Assembly: GCA_964372485.1 (NCBI GenBank)
Contig: CAYJQI010000001.1
Coordinates: 523,714 to 587,713, forward strand
Direction: 5' to 3'
From: an uncultured archaeon
Lineage (GTDB): Archaea; Aenigmatarchaeota; Aenigmatarchaeia; CG10238-14; SCSR01
Length of the DNA: 64,000 nucleotides
Shown: positions 61,894-64,000 of the stretch, one piece after another
Layout of the letters: every line of letters begins with the position of its first letter
Position numbering within the stretch: the stretch's first letter is position 1
Notes under the pieces: model-generated
Seen by the model: only the letters and a program-made list of their open reading frames with translations
What the model was told of the DNA's origin: nothing
Database searches by the model: none
Made by a program: the position numbers and the translations under genes

Positions 61894-63906
61894 ATGGATA
61901 ACGATCTTCTAGATAAGTTTGTAGATTTTTTGAATGAATTTTATAGAGACGAATTAGTCCATGCCGTCAATGAAGGTAACAAGTCAATGAGTATTGATTT
62001 CACGCTTTTGGAAAAATTTGATGTAGGAATTGCAGATTATCTTCTGGAAAAACCGGTTGAAACATTAGAAATAATAGAAAAGGCTGTAAAACAAATCGAT
62101 GTGGGTCAACTTGATCCGAATTTTCGAATTAGATTCCATACTTTACCAGAACATAGAAATATCAGAATAAGAAATGTTCGTGCAGAGCACATAGGAAAAT
62201 TTATTGTAATTGACGGATTTGTTAAACGTGCTAGCGAAGTCCGACCAGAAGTACATGAAGCTGTGTTCCAATGTCTTGATTGTGGAAGTAACATAACAAT
62301 AATTCAAACAGAAAGATTGATGAAAGCACCTATTGAATGTGAAAATCCTGCATGTAGAAACAGAAAAACCTTCAAGCTTGTGGATCAAAAATTATATGAT
62401 GCACGATGGGTTGTTGTGGAAGAACCGTTTGAAATCACTTCAGGTGAACGACCATCCGATCTCAGAATATATCTTAAAGAGGATCTTACAACTCCAAAAC
62501 TCCAAAATAAAACAGAACCTGGAAACAGAATTAAAATTTCAGGTATTCTGAAAGAATTACCGAGAAGAGTCAAAGGTACAGCATCACGACAAATGGAAAT
62601 TTATTTAGAAGCAAATCATGTTGAATCTGTTGAAACAGAATGGGAAGAATTGGAAATAACTCCTGAAGATGAACAACGAATTTTAGATTTGGCAAGAGAT
62701 CCAGAAGTTTACACCAAGTTGATGAATTCTATTGCACCGGGTTTGTACGGATTGGAAGAAATTAAGGAAGCTATCGTTCTACAACTTTTTAGTGGAGAAA
62801 CTCATGTTCAGAAAGATAGATCACGTGTAAGAGGTGACATGCACATTTTGTTGGTTGGTGACCCCGCAACAAGTAAGTCATCATTAATGAAAGTTGTGTC
62901 AAGTTTAATTCCACGAGGGAGATATGTAAGCGGGAAGGGTGTAACTGGCGCTGGGTTGACTGCAACTGTTGTAAAGGATGAAGAATTTCTCGGTGGGTGG
63001 GTGTTGGAAGCAGGCGCATTGGTTATGACGAATCGATCTTTATGTGCGATCGACGAATTCGAGAAGATCGAAAAAACAGATCAAGTCGCACTGCACGAAA
63101 TGATGGAGCAACAAACAATATCCATTGCGAAAGCAAACATAGTTGCAACATTGCCAGCAATGACTTCTATTCTTGCAGGAGGTAATCCAAAGCTGGGAAG
63201 ATTCGATCCATATCTTCCAATCAAAGAACAAATTGATATACCAGAAACTATTCTATCCCGTTTTGATTTAAAATTTGCATTGAGAGATGTTCCTAATGTT
63301 GAAACTGATACAAAAATAGCTGAACATATTTTACAATCACGACATTTTGGTGTGGAACAGGCAGCACCAGTTGTTGATAATGACATGTTTAAAAAATATG
63401 TTGCATATGCACGCAAGAATTGTCATCCTAGATTATCACGTGAAGCTGCAGATGAACTTAAAAATTTTTACTTGAGTTTGAGAGAACGTTCAGGAGAAGA
63501 TTCTCCAATATCAATTACACCTAGACAATATGAAGCTCTGATAAGAATGGCAGAATCTTCTGCAAAAATTCGATTGAGTGAAGATGTTACACCTGAAGAT
63601 GCTTTACGTGGAATAAATTTAATGAAAGCATCTCTTAGGCAATTTGGTCTTGATATTGAAACTGGTAAAATTGATATAGATAGAGCAGAGGGTGCAACAG
63701 CAACAGCTGCACAGAGAAGTAGAATAAGAATTGTTTTGGACGTTATTGATCAACTTGAGAAAACTTTTGGTAAAGACATACCATCTGATGAGTTGGTTAG
63801 AACTGCACGATTGCAAGGTGTTGACAATCCAGATGATATCCTTAAGAAAATGCAACAGGAAGGGATGTTGTTTAGCAGTAAAGTTGGATTTTTGAGTAAG
63901 GTGTAA
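61894..63906 (+). CDS. mcm: MCM replicative helicase
   Basis: Zinc motif CLDCGS...CENPAC, Walker A LLVGDPATSKSS, Walker B CAIDEFEKI, arginine finger SRFDL, and a C-terminal winged helix. The start is taken at ATG 61894. Confidence 0.95.
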   Translation: MDNDLLDKFVDFLNEFYRDELVHAVNEGNKSMSIDFTLLEKFDVGIADYLLEKPVETLEIIEKAVKQIDVGQLDPNFRIRFHTLPEHRNIRIRNVRAEHIGKFIVIDGFVKRASEVRPEVHEAVFQCLDCGSNITIIQTERLMKAPIECENPACRNRKTFKLVDQKLYDARWVVVEEPFEITSGERPSDLRIYLKEDLTTPKLQNKTEPGNRIKISGILKELPRRVKGTASRQMEIYLEANHVESVETEWEELEITPEDEQRILDLARDPEVYTKLMNSIAPGLYGLEEIKEAIVLQLFSGETHVQKDRSRVRGDMHILLVGDPATSKSSLMKVVSSLIPRGRYVSGKGVTGAGLTATVVKDEEFLGGWVLEAGALVMTNRSLCAIDEFEKIEKTDQVALHEMMEQQTISIAKANIVATLPAMTSILAGGNPKLGRFDPYLPIKEQIDIPETILSRFDLKFALRDVPNVETDTKIAEHILQSRHFGVEQAAPVVDNDMFKKYVAYARKNCHPRLSREAADELKNFYLSLRERSGEDSPISITPRQYEALIRMAESSAKIRLSEDVTPEDALRGINLMKASLRQFGLDIETGKIDIDRAEGATATAAQRSRIRIVLDVIDQLEKTFGKDIPSDELVRTARLQGVDNPDDILKKMQQEGMLFSSKVGFLSKV

Positions 63907-63908
63907 AT

Positions 63909-64000
63909 ATGCCTGAAAGATTGAGTGCAAAAAAAATTCGTATATGGGATTTGTTAAATGGAAAGTATTTTTATGGAAGCAAGGAAGAAATGAAACCAAG
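63909..64000 (+). CDS. 5' fragment of an unidentified gene (continues beyond window)
   Basis: ATG lies 2 nt after the mcm stop. MPERLSAKKIRIWDLLNGKYFYGSKEEMKP is open to the window end. Confidence 0.3.
   Translation, partial: MPERLSAKKIRIWDLLNGKYFYGSKEEMKP

Noticed and set aside
1-64000. rRNA genes, CRISPR arrays, IS elements, integrases, prophage or virus modules
   Set aside because: None was found on either strand. The only mobility signatures are the flank duplications around the TA cassette and the free-standing LAGLIDADG gene.

Overview
Gene-dense, AT-rich segment of an archaeal chromosome; nothing in the content suggests a plasmid or virus. Archaeal hallmarks are TBP, MCM, ribosomal protein S26e, Sec61-beta, RtcB plus archease, Dph2, archaeal-type AspRS with GatCAB, FtsZ, an RNase P RNA and a tRNA with a non-canonical intron. 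S26e and that intron point to a TACK/DPANN-type lineage, but I cannot assign it from sequence alone. I call about 80 CDS, 3 tRNAs (Val-GAC, Ser-GCU, Asn-GUU), one RNase P RNA and two toxin-antitoxin pairs. I saw no rRNA, CRISPR array, transposase or integrase. Main leads: (1) rtcB is broken by a 32-nt self-complementary insert exactly inside its PDxH-x-GYG active-site motif, next to a free-standing LAGLIDADG gene and near archease. (2) A TrmB - [PfkB-kinase fused to a dNTPase-like HD domain] - PRC-barrel gene trio. (3) A paralogous family of secreted Cys/His-rich repeat proteins with HExxH. One copy is fused to a cupredoxin-like domain and paired with a 958-aa protein carrying a ~190-aa Tyr/Pro/Thr/Ser tail. 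(4) A ~1-kb RelE-type TA cassette inserted between a Gfo/Idh/MocA gene and mscL, with duplicated flanks. (5) tRNA-Asn with a 13-nt intron at position 8/9 and a leader that mimics the acceptor strand. (6) A compact RNase P RNA and a Sec61-beta gene, neither visible in the ORF track. All family assignments come from motif recognition by eye; no searches were run.
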